A stretch of DNA of 32,000 nucleotides from Nitratidesulfovibrio vulgaris str. Hildenborough (GTDB lineage Bacteria; Desulfobacterota; Desulfovibrionia; Desulfovibrionales; Desulfovibrionaceae). Position numbers and translations under genes: made by a program. This document shows positions 16,462-24,856 of this stretch, piece after piece. The number at the start of each line of letters is the position of its first letter. Within the stretch, counting starts at the first letter, position 1. Location: assembly GCF_000195755.1 (NCBI RefSeq), contig NC_002937.3, positions 1 to 32,000 on the forward strand, read 5' to 3'. Below the pieces are notes generated by a model. That model ran no database searches. It was not told the DNA's origin and saw only the letters and a list, made by a program, of their open reading frames with translations.

Positions 16462-18270
16462 ATGAACGGTATGCGATCCTCACTCCGTAAACGACTCGTG
16501 CTCGGAACGTGGCTGCTGCTGCTCATGGCACTGGCCCCGCCTTTCGTCTATTTCGACCGCACCATCCGTGAAGACATGCTCGAAGAGGCGCGCAAACGCG
16601 CCACCGAGACCCTGTCCAGCACGCAATGGGTGCTGTCGCGTCATGCGCCCTTCGGTTCGGAAGACGCGCTGGAGGCATGGGCCGTGGAGTATGCGCGGCA
16701 TACCGGAGTGCGCTTCACCTACATCGTCGATGGCAAGGTGATGGCCGATTCGGATGTGCCCGCCGAGCGCGTCCACCTCATGGACGACCATGGCGGCAGG
16801 CCTGAAGTCGTCGCAGCCAGCAGGGGTGGCAGCGGCATGGAGGTGCGCTACAGTACCACCCTGCGCAAGGACCTCGTCTATGCCGCGTTGCGGGTCGAGG
16901 GCATTGCCGGGCTGCCAGCGGGGGTCATCCGCGTGGCGCTGCCGGTCTCCGAAGTGCGCGACCGCATAGACAGCATGGAGACAGGGCTTCTCTGGGCCTT
17001 CATCTTCTCGCTTCTGGCCAGCGGGGGCCTTGGTTTTCTTGTGACGCGTCCCTTTCTCGGCGGCATCGAGTCCATGGCGCGTGCCGCACAGGCCATCGGG
17101 CAGGGAGATTACGGCAGGCGCATCCGCGACATCCCCGGTCGCGAGTTGCGGCCGCTGGCCCACGCCATCAACGGCATGGCGCACAACATCGAGCGCCATC
17201 TCGCCGTGCTCGAAGAACAGAAGGGACGCCTCGAGGCCGTGTTCAACGGTATGCGCGAAGGGGTGATGGTGCTCGACGCCGAAGGGCGCATCACCACCAT
17301 CAACCGTGCGCTGACCACCATGTTCGAGGGCATCGTCTCCAAGATAGGCCGCACTCCGCTTGAGGCGACCATGAAGCCCGAACTCCAGCGGGCCGTGGAC
17401 GACCTGCGCGCCAAGGATACCACCGAAGGCCGCGCCATCATGCTCGAACTGTCGGACGGGCGCGCCTTCGAAGTCAATCTCGTGCCGTTCTTCGACGAGG
17501 CAGGGCGGTGCGTGGTGCTGGTCTTCCATGACGTGAGCGAGCGCGAAAAGCTCGAACGCATCCGCCGCGACTTCGTGGCCAACGTGTCTCACGAACTGAA
17601 GACCCCGCTCACCAGTATCAAGGGGTATGCCGAGACGCTGCTCGAATCGCCACCCGCCTCGTGCGAGCAGGCCGGGGCGTTCATGCGAACTATTCTCAAG
17701 AACGCCAACCACATGACGAAGATGGTCAACAGTCTGCTCGTGCTCGCCCGGTCGGAACACAAGGGTGAGAAGCGGGTACTGGCCGAAGTGGATGCCGCCG
17801 AGGTGCTGCGCCAGACCCTGCGCGAGTTCCAGCCCGTGGCCCGGCGCAAGGCCATCGAACTTGTGTGCGAGGTGGAGGGGGCGGTCACCGTCATGGCCGA
17901 CCGGGACGGTCTGGGTGAGGTCTTCCGCAATCTGATGGACAACGCCATGAAATACAGCCCGGAGGGTACGCGCGTTTCGGTCTCGGCGCGTCCCGGTGCC
18001 GGGGTGGCTACCTTCTGCTTCCGTGACGAGGGTCCCGGTATCCCTGAAAACAGCAAGGAGCGCATCTTCGAGCGCTTCTATCGCATCGAACGCGAAGGCG
18101 ACACCAGCAAGGAAGGAAGCGCAGGTCTGGGGCTTGCCATCTGCCGACGCATCGTACGTAGCCATGGTGGGGAGATATGGGTCGAGAGTCCGCTTGACCC
18201 TGCTACCCGGCGTGGGGCAGCGTTCTTCATCACGCTCAACACGCCTCGTGCGCGCGTCGGAGTGGTGTAG
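16462..18270 (+). CDS. PhoR-type sensor histidine kinase (TM - periplasmic domain - TM - HAMP - PAS - HisKA - HATPase)
   Basis: ATG 16462 with GGAGAG upstream. Two TM segments (LVLGTWLLLLMALAPPFVYF, LLWAFIFSLLASGGLGFLV). H-box RRDFVANVSHELKTPLTSIKGYAETL, N-box NLMDNAMKYSP, G-boxes FRDEGPGIP and GSAGLGLAICRRIV. Confidence 0.9.
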   Translation: MNGMRSSLRKRLVLGTWLLLLMALAPPFVYFDRTIREDMLEEARKRATETLSSTQWVLSRHAPFGSEDALEAWAVEYARHTGVRFTYIVDGKVMADSDVPAERVHLMDDHGGRPEVVAASRGGSGMEVRYSTTLRKDLVYAALRVEGIAGLPAGVIRVALPVSEVRDRIDSMETGLLWAFIFSLLASGGLGFLVTRPFLGGIESMARAAQAIGQGDYGRRIRDIPGRELRPLAHAINGMAHNIERHLAVLEEQKGRLEAVFNGMREGVMVLDAEGRITTINRALTTMFEGIVSKIGRTPLEATMKPELQRAVDDLRAKDTTEGRAIMLELSDGRAFEVNLVPFFDEAGRCVVLVFHDVSEREKLERIRRDFVANVSHELKTPLTSIKGYAETLLESPPASCEQAGAFMRTILKNANHMTKMVNSLLVLARSEHKGEKRVLAEVDAAEVLRQTLREFQPVARRKAIELVCEVEGAVTVMADRDGLGEVFRNLMDNAMKYSPEGTRVSVSARPGAGVATFCFRDEGPGIPENSKERIFERFYRIEREGDTSKEGSAGLGLAICRRIVRSHGGEIWVESPLDPATRRGAAFFITLNTPRARVGVV

Positions 18271-18296
18271 CCGCCGTCATTGAGCCAAAGGACCAT

Positions 18297-18332
18297 GCCG
18301 CCTCTTCCTTGCACGAGGGAGGGGCGGCTTTC
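18297..18332 (+). terminator. Candidate terminator after the histidine kinase gene
   Basis: 12-bp stem GCCGCCTCTTCC / GGGAGGGGCGGC (two G:U pairs), 8-nt loop, then TTTC. The T tract is short. Confidence 0.5.
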
Positions 18333-18415
18333 AACGTGGCAGTAAGGACTCTTGCCCGTGGATATTCATGACATATGGGGTCGAGGCGGGGACGGCATCG
18401 TGCCGCCTGCACCCA

Positions 18416-18442
18416 TAAAAAAAGGAACGCCTTGGCGTTCCT
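18416..18442 (-). terminator. Rho-independent terminator of infA
   Basis: On the - strand, AGGAACGC-CAAG-GCGTTCCT hairpin followed by a T run (7 A on the + strand, 18417-18423, the last in the stem). Confidence 0.7.
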
Positions 18443-18469
18443 TGCGTGCTGTGAAGCGACGGGCGGGGA

Positions 18470-18688
18470 CTACTTCATACGGTAGGTGATACGTCCACGC
18501 TTGAGGTCATAGGGCGAAAGCTCGACCTTGACCCTGTCACCGGGCAGGATGCGGATGTAGAACTTGCGCATCTTGCCGGAAATGTGGGCCAGCACCTCGT
18601 GCCCGTTCTGCAGTTCGACGCGGAACATGGCGTTGGGCAGGGCTTCCTGCACAACACCGTCAACTTCAATGGCATCTTCCTTTGCCAT
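18470..18688 (-). CDS. infA: Translation initiation factor IF-1
   Basis: 72 aa. [70 protein letters not shown] is the canonical IF-1 S1 fold sequence. GGAGG precedes ATG at 18688; the track ORF is over-extended to 18763. Confidence 0.97.
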   Translation of the reverse strand: MAKEDAIEVDGVVQEALPNAMFRVELQNGHEVLAHISGKMRKFYIRILPGDRVKVELSPYDLKRGRITYRMK

Positions 18689-18803
18689 GTCTCCTCCAAG
18701 CGGGGTGTTCGCACACGCCGCCGTCCGCGACGGCCGCAATGTAACGGGTAGCCAATTCCACAAATCGACGTGGATGTCAATAAAACCGTTGGGAGACGTG
18801 GAT

Positions 18804-19595
18804 TCAGGCTGCCTTGGTGCCTTTGTCCCCGCCCGGACGCAGCAGCCACAGCCCCAGCATGATGAGCGGCAGGCACAGCACCTGTCCCATGGTCAGCCAG
18901 CCGAAGGCAAGATAGCCCAGCTGGACGTCAGGTTCACGTACGAATTCCACCGTGAAGCGGAAAACGCCGTACAACAGGGCGAAGAGGCCGGAGACATGCC
19001 CGGTGGGGCGCTTGCGTGACGAGAAAACCCACAATGCAAGGAACAGGATGACGCCTTCAAGCGCGCATTCATACAGTTGCGAGGGATGTCGCGGAAAGGG
19101 GCCTCCATCCGGGAACACCATGCCCCACGGCAGGGTGGTGTGCTTGCCCCACAACTCGCCGTTGATGAAGTTGCCGATGCGGCCGAAGAACAGCCCCGGC
19201 GGTATGAGAGGGGCCACGAAATCCGACACGTCCATGAAGCCGAGTCCGTTGCGCCTGCCGAGAAGCCACATGGCAAACACCACCCCCAGCAGACCGCCGT
19301 GGAACGACATGCCCCCGTTCCAGATACTGAAAATCTGCGTCGGGTTGCCCAGGTAATAGGCGAGGTCGTAGAACAGGATATAGCCGATGCGACCCCCCAG
19401 CACCACGCCGAGGATGACATAGGTGACCATGTCGTCCACCATCTCGCCCGTCCACCGCGACCCGGGCTGGGCGGCGCGGCGGCGTCCAAGCCACCAGCCG
19501 GAAAGAAAACCGAACAGGTACATGAGGCCGTACCAGCGGAATTGCAGCGGGCCGAGAGTGATGGCAACGGGGTCTATGCGCGGGAAAGTGAGCAT
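18804..19595 (-). CDS. lgt: Prolipoprotein diacylglyceryl transferase
   Basis: 263 aa membrane protein. [42 protein letters not shown] and [14 protein letters not shown] are Lgt signatures. GGAGG precedes ATG 19595. Confidence 0.93.
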   Translation of the reverse strand: MLTFPRIDPVAITLGPLQFRWYGLMYLFGFLSGWWLGRRRAAQPGSRWTGEMVDDMVTYVILGVVLGGRIGYILFYDLAYYLGNPTQIFSIWNGGMSFHGGLLGVVFAMWLLGRRNGLGFMDVSDFVAPLIPPGLFFGRIGNFINGELWGKHTTLPWGMVFPDGGPFPRHPSQLYECALEGVILFLALWVFSSRKRPTGHVSGLFALLYGVFRFTVEFVREPDVQLGYLAFGWLTMGQVLCLPLIMLGLWLLRPGGDKGTKAA

Positions 19596-19815
19596 CGTTC
19601 CTCCGGAAGAGGGAAGGCGGCTGCGGGCTGGCTACCTGTGCCCGTAGCGCCGTAGCATTGGGATTGCGTGCGCGGCATGTCCACGCAGGGTGGCTGTGCC
19701 ATGAGGTACGGCGTAAGGGCGTTCGCGTCAACGCATGAATGGCTGTTGCGAGGTGCGGGGTGTGGCTGTCGCAGCACATGGGGCTTGCTGCAGCCACGTG
19801 AAGCGCGCCTACCTC

Positions 19816-19894
19816 AAAAACAGAAAAAAACGCTCATGAATTGATCTCCCTGTTGACAAGTCGGCCCCCTTGGGGCAAGAACGGTCTTCCGCAA
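19816..19894 (+). promoter_or_regulatory. Candidate promoter of tRNA-Ala copy 1
   Basis: A5 and A7 tracts (19816-19830), perfect -35 TTGACA (19853-19858), 17-nt spacer ending in GGGG, weak -10 CAAGAA (19876-19881). tRNA 5' end at 19895. Confidence 0.45.
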
Positions 19895-19970
<76 letters not shown>

Positions 19971-19981
19971 GACGTTCACCG

Positions 19982-20018
19982 AACGGGGGTATCCGAAAGG
20001 ATGCCCCCGTTTTCTTTC
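19982..20018 (+). terminator. Rho-independent terminator after tRNA-Ala copy 1
   Basis: AACGGGGGTATCC-GAAA-GGATGCCCCCGTT hairpin (one G:U pair) followed by TTTCTTTC. Confidence 0.75.
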
Positions 20019-20135
20019 ATCCTTCCTCCGGGCTTGTTCCAAGCCTGAAGTGTACCCAAATAATGCCATCCTTCTGCCAGCTGTCGTATCATGGACATGG
20101 CAGGTTCCATCACGTGAACGGTGAAGGAGGCAGTC

Positions 20136-22385
20136 ATGCGCCGGTCTATCATTATTCAGCTCATCATCATCGTGGTTATCGGTCTCGTGGTCGAAGGTGG
20201 TATCTTTTTGGGGTATGTCTCTTTCGACTTGTCACAATTTGCGGCTTTTCAGGCGCAGAAGACCCGCGAGAGCATCTATACCCACGAACAGTACTCGCTT
20301 CGCGATATGGTGGACTCGGCAAGCAGCATTGTGGAGAAATACTACGCGCAGTCCAGGGACATGGAAGCCCTGAAGCGCCTGAAACGCGATGAACTGAAAC
20401 TGGTGGTCGATGCTGCGGCATCCATGGTTCAGGCTCAGGTGGCCGCAGCACCTCAGGAACGGAAGGCGTTTGTCGCGCGCGAAATGCTCGCATCCTTGCG
20501 CGGGTTGCGTTTTGCGGGTGATAATTACCTGTGGGTCAACGATCTGGACACGGTCGTCCTCATGCATCCTGTATCGCCGCAGATGGAAGGGAAGCCTCAA
20601 CGGGACATCCGTGACGAACAGGGCAAGGCCATATTCACGGAATTCGTTTCCATTGCGAGGTCGAAGGGCGAGGGCATGGTCGACTATATGTGGCCCCGCC
20701 CCGGCCAGAAGCAGCCCCAGGTCAAGGTGTCATTCGTCAAACTCATTCCGGAACTGGGCTGGGTCGTCGGTGCAGGAGCCTATCTCGATGATATGACAGC
20801 GCAACTCAAGCAGGAGGCTCTGGACCAGATCGCCCGTATCAGGCTCTCTGACGGAAACTACTTTTGGGTGAACGATTTGCGTCCCTATATGGTCATGCAC
20901 CCTGTCAGACCTGAACTGGACGGCACCGACCTTTCACGTACGACAGATGCTGAAGGCAAGCTGCTCTTCGTCGAGATGGCGAAGGTGGCACGGGACAAGG
21001 GAGCGGGTACCGTAGCCTACAGATTCGGCAAGCCGGGTGCCGCAGGTGATTTCCCCAAGCTCTCGTATGTGAAGCTGTTCGAGCCATGGGGATGGGTCAT
21101 CGGGAAGGGTGTCTACATGGATGATGTCGACAGGGAGATCGTGGCGGAGCAGGAGCGTTTCAGTCAGGCTATTGGCGGGCTGATGACGCGTAGCGGTCTC
21201 ATCGGATTGATGATCGCAACGACCATGGTGGGGCTGGTGCTCTTCTACATCCACTACCGTCTGCGTCAGCCCATGAATCAGCTTGTTCGCTATGCCGGGC
21301 AGGTCGCCTCTGGTGAACTCGATGCCAGTGTCAGCGGACGTTTTCAGGGAGAACTCCTGCTTCTGGCGGATGCCTTGCGTTCGATGGTGGCAAGCCTCGG
21401 AGAGCGCATGGAAGAGGCGCAGCTCAAAGGCCGTCTGGCCGAGGAGGAGGCTGCTCATGCGCGCGCTGCCACGGCAGAGGCTGACGATGCCCGGCGTAAG
21501 GCGGAAGGGGCAAAGGCCGAGGGAATGCTCGCGGCTGCAGGCATCCTCGACACCATTGTCACGTCATTGACCCAGGCATCACAGAAGGTTGCAGCGTTGT
21601 CGGAGGAAATCAGCGACGGGGCAGAGGGACAACGGCAGCGTATTACGGAAACGGCCACTGCCATGGAGGAGATGAACGCGACCATTCTCGAGGTGGCTGG
21701 CAATTCGAGCAAGGCGGCTGAGAATGCGGATCATGCGCGCGGTCGGGCAGAGGAGGGCGCCAGCACTGCCAGCGCCTCAGTAGCGGCCATTGAAGAGGTG
21801 CAGCGGCTGGCCGATGCACTCAAGGTGAATGTCGCTGAATTGGGAGTGAAGGCCGAGGCCATAGGTAGAATAATAAATGTCATCAATGATATAGCTGACC
21901 AGACGAATCTGCTGGCGCTCAACGCGGCCATCGAGGCTGCCCGTGCCGGTGATGCTGGCCGGGGGTTTGCGGTGGTGGCAGACGAGGTGCGGAAGCTCGC
22001 TGAAAAGACGATGCACGCTACAAGCGAGGTCGGCGAGGCTATCAGGGCCATCCAGCAGGCGACCCGCGACAACACGCACAGTGTCGAACGCGCGGCAGCG
22101 GCAGTAGACAAGGCCACAGAACTGGTGGTTCGTTCCGGCAAGGCGTTGAGTGAGATCGTTGTTCTTTCGGAACAGTCGGCAGACAGGGTGCGTTCGATCG
22201 CCACGGCGTCGGAGGAACAGTCGGCAGCCAGTGAGGAGATTACGCGTGCACTGGATGAAATCAACGGTCTCTCGGGACGCATTACGGAGGGTATCGGGCA
22301 GGCTGCCGGTGCACAGCGGGATATGAGTCAGCAGTGCAGGAAGCTCAATGAGTTGATCGAAAAGATCAAGCTTGAGAACAAGTAG
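20136..22385 (+). CDS. Methyl-accepting chemotaxis protein with two tandem Cache-like periplasmic modules
   Basis: ATG 20136 has AAGGAGG 5 nt upstream; the track starts at GTG 20121. TM segments flank a periplasmic region carrying duplicated NY(L/F)WVNDL..MHPV modules. A HAMP-like segment follows. MCP signalling hairpin [35 protein letters not shown]. Confidence 0.92.
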   Translation: MRRSIIIQLIIIVVIGLVVEGGIFLGYVSFDLSQFAAFQAQKTRESIYTHEQYSLRDMVDSASSIVEKYYAQSRDMEALKRLKRDELKLVVDAAASMVQAQVAAAPQERKAFVAREMLASLRGLRFAGDNYLWVNDLDTVVLMHPVSPQMEGKPQRDIRDEQGKAIFTEFVSIARSKGEGMVDYMWPRPGQKQPQVKVSFVKLIPELGWVVGAGAYLDDMTAQLKQEALDQIARIRLSDGNYFWVNDLRPYMVMHPVRPELDGTDLSRTTDAEGKLLFVEMAKVARDKGAGTVAYRFGKPGAAGDFPKLSYVKLFEPWGWVIGKGVYMDDVDREIVAEQERFSQAIGGLMTRSGLIGLMIATTMVGLVLFYIHYRLRQPMNQLVRYAGQVASGELDASVSGRFQGELLLLADALRSMVASLGERMEEAQLKGRLAEEEAAHARAATAEADDARRKAEGAKAEGMLAAAGILDTIVTSLTQASQKVAALSEEISDGAEGQRQRITETATAMEEMNATILEVAGNSSKAAENADHARGRAEEGASTASASVAAIEEVQRLADALKVNVAELGVKAEAIGRIINVINDIADQTNLLALNAAIEAARAGDAGRGFAVVADEVRKLAEKTMHATSEVGEAIRAIQQATRDNTHSVERAAAAVDKATELVVRSGKALSEIVVLSEQSADRVRSIATASEEQSAASEEITRALDEINGLSGRITEGIGQAAGAQRDMSQQCRKLNELIEKIKLENK

Positions 22386-22425
22386 ATGCGCCTCCACGCC
22401 TCTTGAAGCAGACACGGAAAAGGGA

Positions 22426-22451
22426 ACCGCCCCGGCATCATGCGGGGCGGT
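22426..22451. terminator. Hairpin between the convergent MCP and ngr genes
   Basis: ACCGCCCCG-GCATCATG-CGGGGCGGT, 9-bp GC-rich stem. No clear T tract on either side. Confidence 0.45.
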
Positions 22452-22501
22452 CCTTGCATTGTCCGACGCCCAGCGCCTTACGCCGCCAGACTCTTCGCGC
22501 C

Positions 22502-23110
22502 TCAATAGGCTGTGAAGGTGTCCTTGGGGCGGAAGCAGATGGGACACTTCTCGAAGTCTTCTCCCTTGTGGATATAGCCGCAGATGGGGCACAGGTGGAA
22601 CTTGTCATCGTCCGGGGCGTCGATGTCGTTGTATGCGGCGAGATAGCGTTCGGCATGGACGGATTCGGCAAGCTTGGCCCGCGTGAACACATGGACAGCC
22701 TTCGAGTTGCCCTCCTCCTGCGCCTTCCTGATGAAAGCCGGGTACATGTCGGACGTCTCGTAGATTTCGCCATTGGCGCCGGAGATGAGGTTCAGGTCGC
22801 AGCTGTAGGCTGAAGGCGCTGCCACCGTGGGCTTCTCATAGCCCGGTTCCATCTCGGCAACGAGAGCGTACTCCAGACCGATGTGGATGAGTTCGGCTGC
22901 CGCCGTGGCTTCAAAGAGGCGTGCAATCTGCTCATACCCCTGTTCTCTGGCTGCCTTGGCGAAGGCCGTGTACTTGGCATGTGCCCCGGTCTCTCCGGCG
23001 ATGGCAGCCTTGAGGTTCTCCAGCGTGCTTCCCACGGCGGTCTTGCTGTCTGCCACCATGTTGAAGTTGGTCGCATTCTTGACGGTGGGAACCTGTGCTC
23101 TGACTTTCAT
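22502..23110 (-). CDS. ngr: Nigerythrin-type rubrerythrin (diiron four-helix bundle + C-terminal rubredoxin-like domain)
   Basis: 202 aa from ATG 23110 (AAGGAG upstream); the track is over-extended to 23167. Diiron ligand motifs GETGAHAKY, AAAELIH, EIYETSDMY, ESVHAERY. C-terminal CPICGY..CPIC. The N-terminal extension MKVRAQVPTVKNATNFNMV and the length match what I recall of Desulfovibrio vulgaris nigerythrin. Confidence 0.85.
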   Translation of the reverse strand: MKVRAQVPTVKNATNFNMVADSKTAVGSTLENLKAAIAGETGAHAKYTAFAKAAREQGYEQIARLFEATAAAELIHIGLEYALVAEMEPGYEKPTVAAPSAYSCDLNLISGANGEIYETSDMYPAFIRKAQEEGNSKAVHVFTRAKLAESVHAERYLAAYNDIDAPDDDKFHLCPICGYIHKGEDFEKCPICFRPKDTFTAY

Positions 23111-23185
23111 GGTGCAACGCTCCTTTGTTTTGTGTGGGCGCAAAGGGGGGCTGGTCGACCACCCCATGGGTTCGACCTTCTACCG

Positions 23186-23216
23186 ATCATGCCATTTTTT
23201 GTCCCCGAATGTCATG
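23186..23216 (-). promoter_or_regulatory. Candidate ngr promoter embedded in an imperfect 9-N11-9 inverted repeat
   Basis: + strand CATGCCATT (23188-23196) N11 AATGTCATG (23208-23216), 8/9 complementary. On the - strand this reads ATGACA (-35-like, 23215-23210), then 18 nt, then CATGAT (-10-like, 23191-23186), 75-105 bp upstream of the ngr ATG. Confidence 0.3.
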
Positions 23217-23480
23217 TGCGTCAAGGTGCGCGTCGAACGCATGCCGGAAGGGGACATGCAGCGGTGGCAGACTCTCCGGGGCATCCGGGGTCTCCCATGC
23301 CGTTGATGACGACTGCGCCCTGTTCGCGTGGCGTTGCAGGGTACAGGATACGGTTCACCGCAAGCATGGATACCTCTCGGACAGGGTCCTCACCGGGGAA
23401 TGTCGGGTTCGCGTCGTGACTCGCCGTGCTGTGCGCACGTGCCGGAAGCGGACGGAACCCTCTGCGCCGTCGTCCACGCA

Positions 23481-23510
23481 GAAAAAAGGCCCCTGCTGTG
23501 CAGGAGCCTT
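23481..23510 (-). terminator. Rho-independent terminator of the methyltransferase-like gene
   Basis: On the - strand, AAGGCTCCTGC-ACA-GCAGGGGCCTT hairpin (one mismatch) followed by TTTTTTC. Confidence 0.65.
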
Positions 23511-23611
23511 CTGGCTATAGGCGGTAGAGGGTGAAGGGGGCGAGCGCACTTTTCCTCTCACAGTCCATCGCTTCCGCGGAAAGGTTGATGAGACGTGTAC
23601 ACCCCTCCCGT

Positions 23612-24589
23612 TCACGCCATGCGGCGCAGCCAGAGGCTGCCGCCGGTGTTGCGCATGCACAGCGGTGTGTGCTTCTCGAACATGTCACCGTGCCGCGTGG
23701 TCATATAGCTGTTGAAGAACAGCACTTCGAACGCGCTGTTGTATTGCAGGAAGGCGCGCAGCAGATAGGCTTCGTTCCATGCCCTGCCCTGTGCATACCA
23801 CGAGCATGGATACTCGAAGGGGTAGAAGATGTCGTGGATGTGGATGATGACGCCGGGTTGCAACGCCGGAAAGACATCGAAGACGAAATGCAGCACGTCG
23901 CTGCCTATTTTGGCAACATGCGAACTGTCGATGAAGAGCACATCGCCCGCTTCGAGGGATGTGTAGGTCTCGAGGGCGACATTCTGGGCGAAGTCGGTGA
24001 CGATGGTGCACCGTGTCCTGTCTTCGGGGCGGATATGGGTCAGCAGCCGTTCGGGATAGGGTTCGACGAAGGTGAAGCGGGTCGCACCGTCAAGGAAGCG
24101 TTCGTCGGTATCCAGCATGACGCACGACGAGAAGCCTGAACCAGCCTCCACGATGCGCCTCGGCCTGAAGTGGCGCATCATGGCGTACAGGACGAAGGCA
24201 TCGGTGTGGGCGAAGAAGTCGTTAGCGAAATGGTAGCGCAGTCCTTCCGTCGGCTGATCCTTGAAGGGCATAGCGGCGTAGAAGGGCACGAGAGCGGCGT
24301 ACAGCTTCAGCTGTTCGCGTTCGCGAAGGTCGACCCCGCCCAGCGGGTTGGCCCCTTCCGGCACGTCGAAGGCGCGATGGGCCACGGCCGCCACCTCGTC
24401 ACGCGAGGGCAGGGGCGAGTGGAAGTGCCCCGGAGGGTAGGCGTCGACAAAGGTCGTATCATACCGCGGGCGACGCTGTTCCAGCGTCAGGTACATGTCA
24501 CGCAGCAGCATGGCGGTATCGGCCAGTTCGGGGCGAAGGCGGGCCAGTTCTTCGAGCTGGCGCGGTGTCGACCGGGTATCATCGCTCAT
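23612..24589 (-). CDS. Putative class I SAM-dependent methyltransferase-fold protein, substrate unknown
   Basis: ATG 24589 with GAGGAAG upstream; the track ORF is open to 24658. 325 aa. Glycine-rich motif I IVEAGSGFSS, VLFIDSSH, HIHDIFYPFEYP and an N-terminal GHFHSPLPS motif recall uncharacterised Methyltransf_24-like family members. The family call comes from memory of motif patterns only. Confidence 0.55.
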   Translation of the reverse strand: MSDDTRSTPRQLEELARLRPELADTAMLLRDMYLTLEQRRPRYDTTFVDAYPPGHFHSPLPSRDEVAAVAHRAFDVPEGANPLGGVDLREREQLKLYAALVPFYAAMPFKDQPTEGLRYHFANDFFAHTDAFVLYAMMRHFRPRRIVEAGSGFSSCVMLDTDERFLDGATRFTFVEPYPERLLTHIRPEDRTRCTIVTDFAQNVALETYTSLEAGDVLFIDSSHVAKIGSDVLHFVFDVFPALQPGVIIHIHDIFYPFEYPCSWYAQGRAWNEAYLLRAFLQYNSAFEVLFFNSYMTTRHGDMFEKHTPLCMRNTGGSLWLRRMA

Positions 24590-24856
24590 CGGTCTTCCTC
24601 GGGCTGTCGGGGTGGTTTCGTGTCCTGTCGGCATCGGGGCGCGAAAGGGTTCCCGCACAGTACGATGTCATGCGCGATGTGCCAAGTTCCCGGATACATG
24701 TCACGGGCTTTGTCGAGGGCGGGTTGTGTCCTGCGTCCGACATGCTCATAACCGCATACTGGCGGGGGCCGCACCCAGACCGGCACGGCAGCGAGAAGGC
24801 GCGGCGCTCGTCGGGCGGCACGCCGGGAAGGGGCTGGGGGTGGGGCAGTCGCGGGG

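Noticed and set aside
22502-23167. N-terminal extensions given by the ORF track for several genes: ngr to 23167, usp to 9518, infA to 18763, dctM to 13522, dctQ to 13710, the PAS kinase to 30002, the methyltransferase-like gene to 24658 and the MCP from 20121.
   Set aside because: In each case an internal ATG with a good SD gives the conserved family N-terminus or avoids overlap with the upstream gene. The extensions are unconserved and low-complexity.
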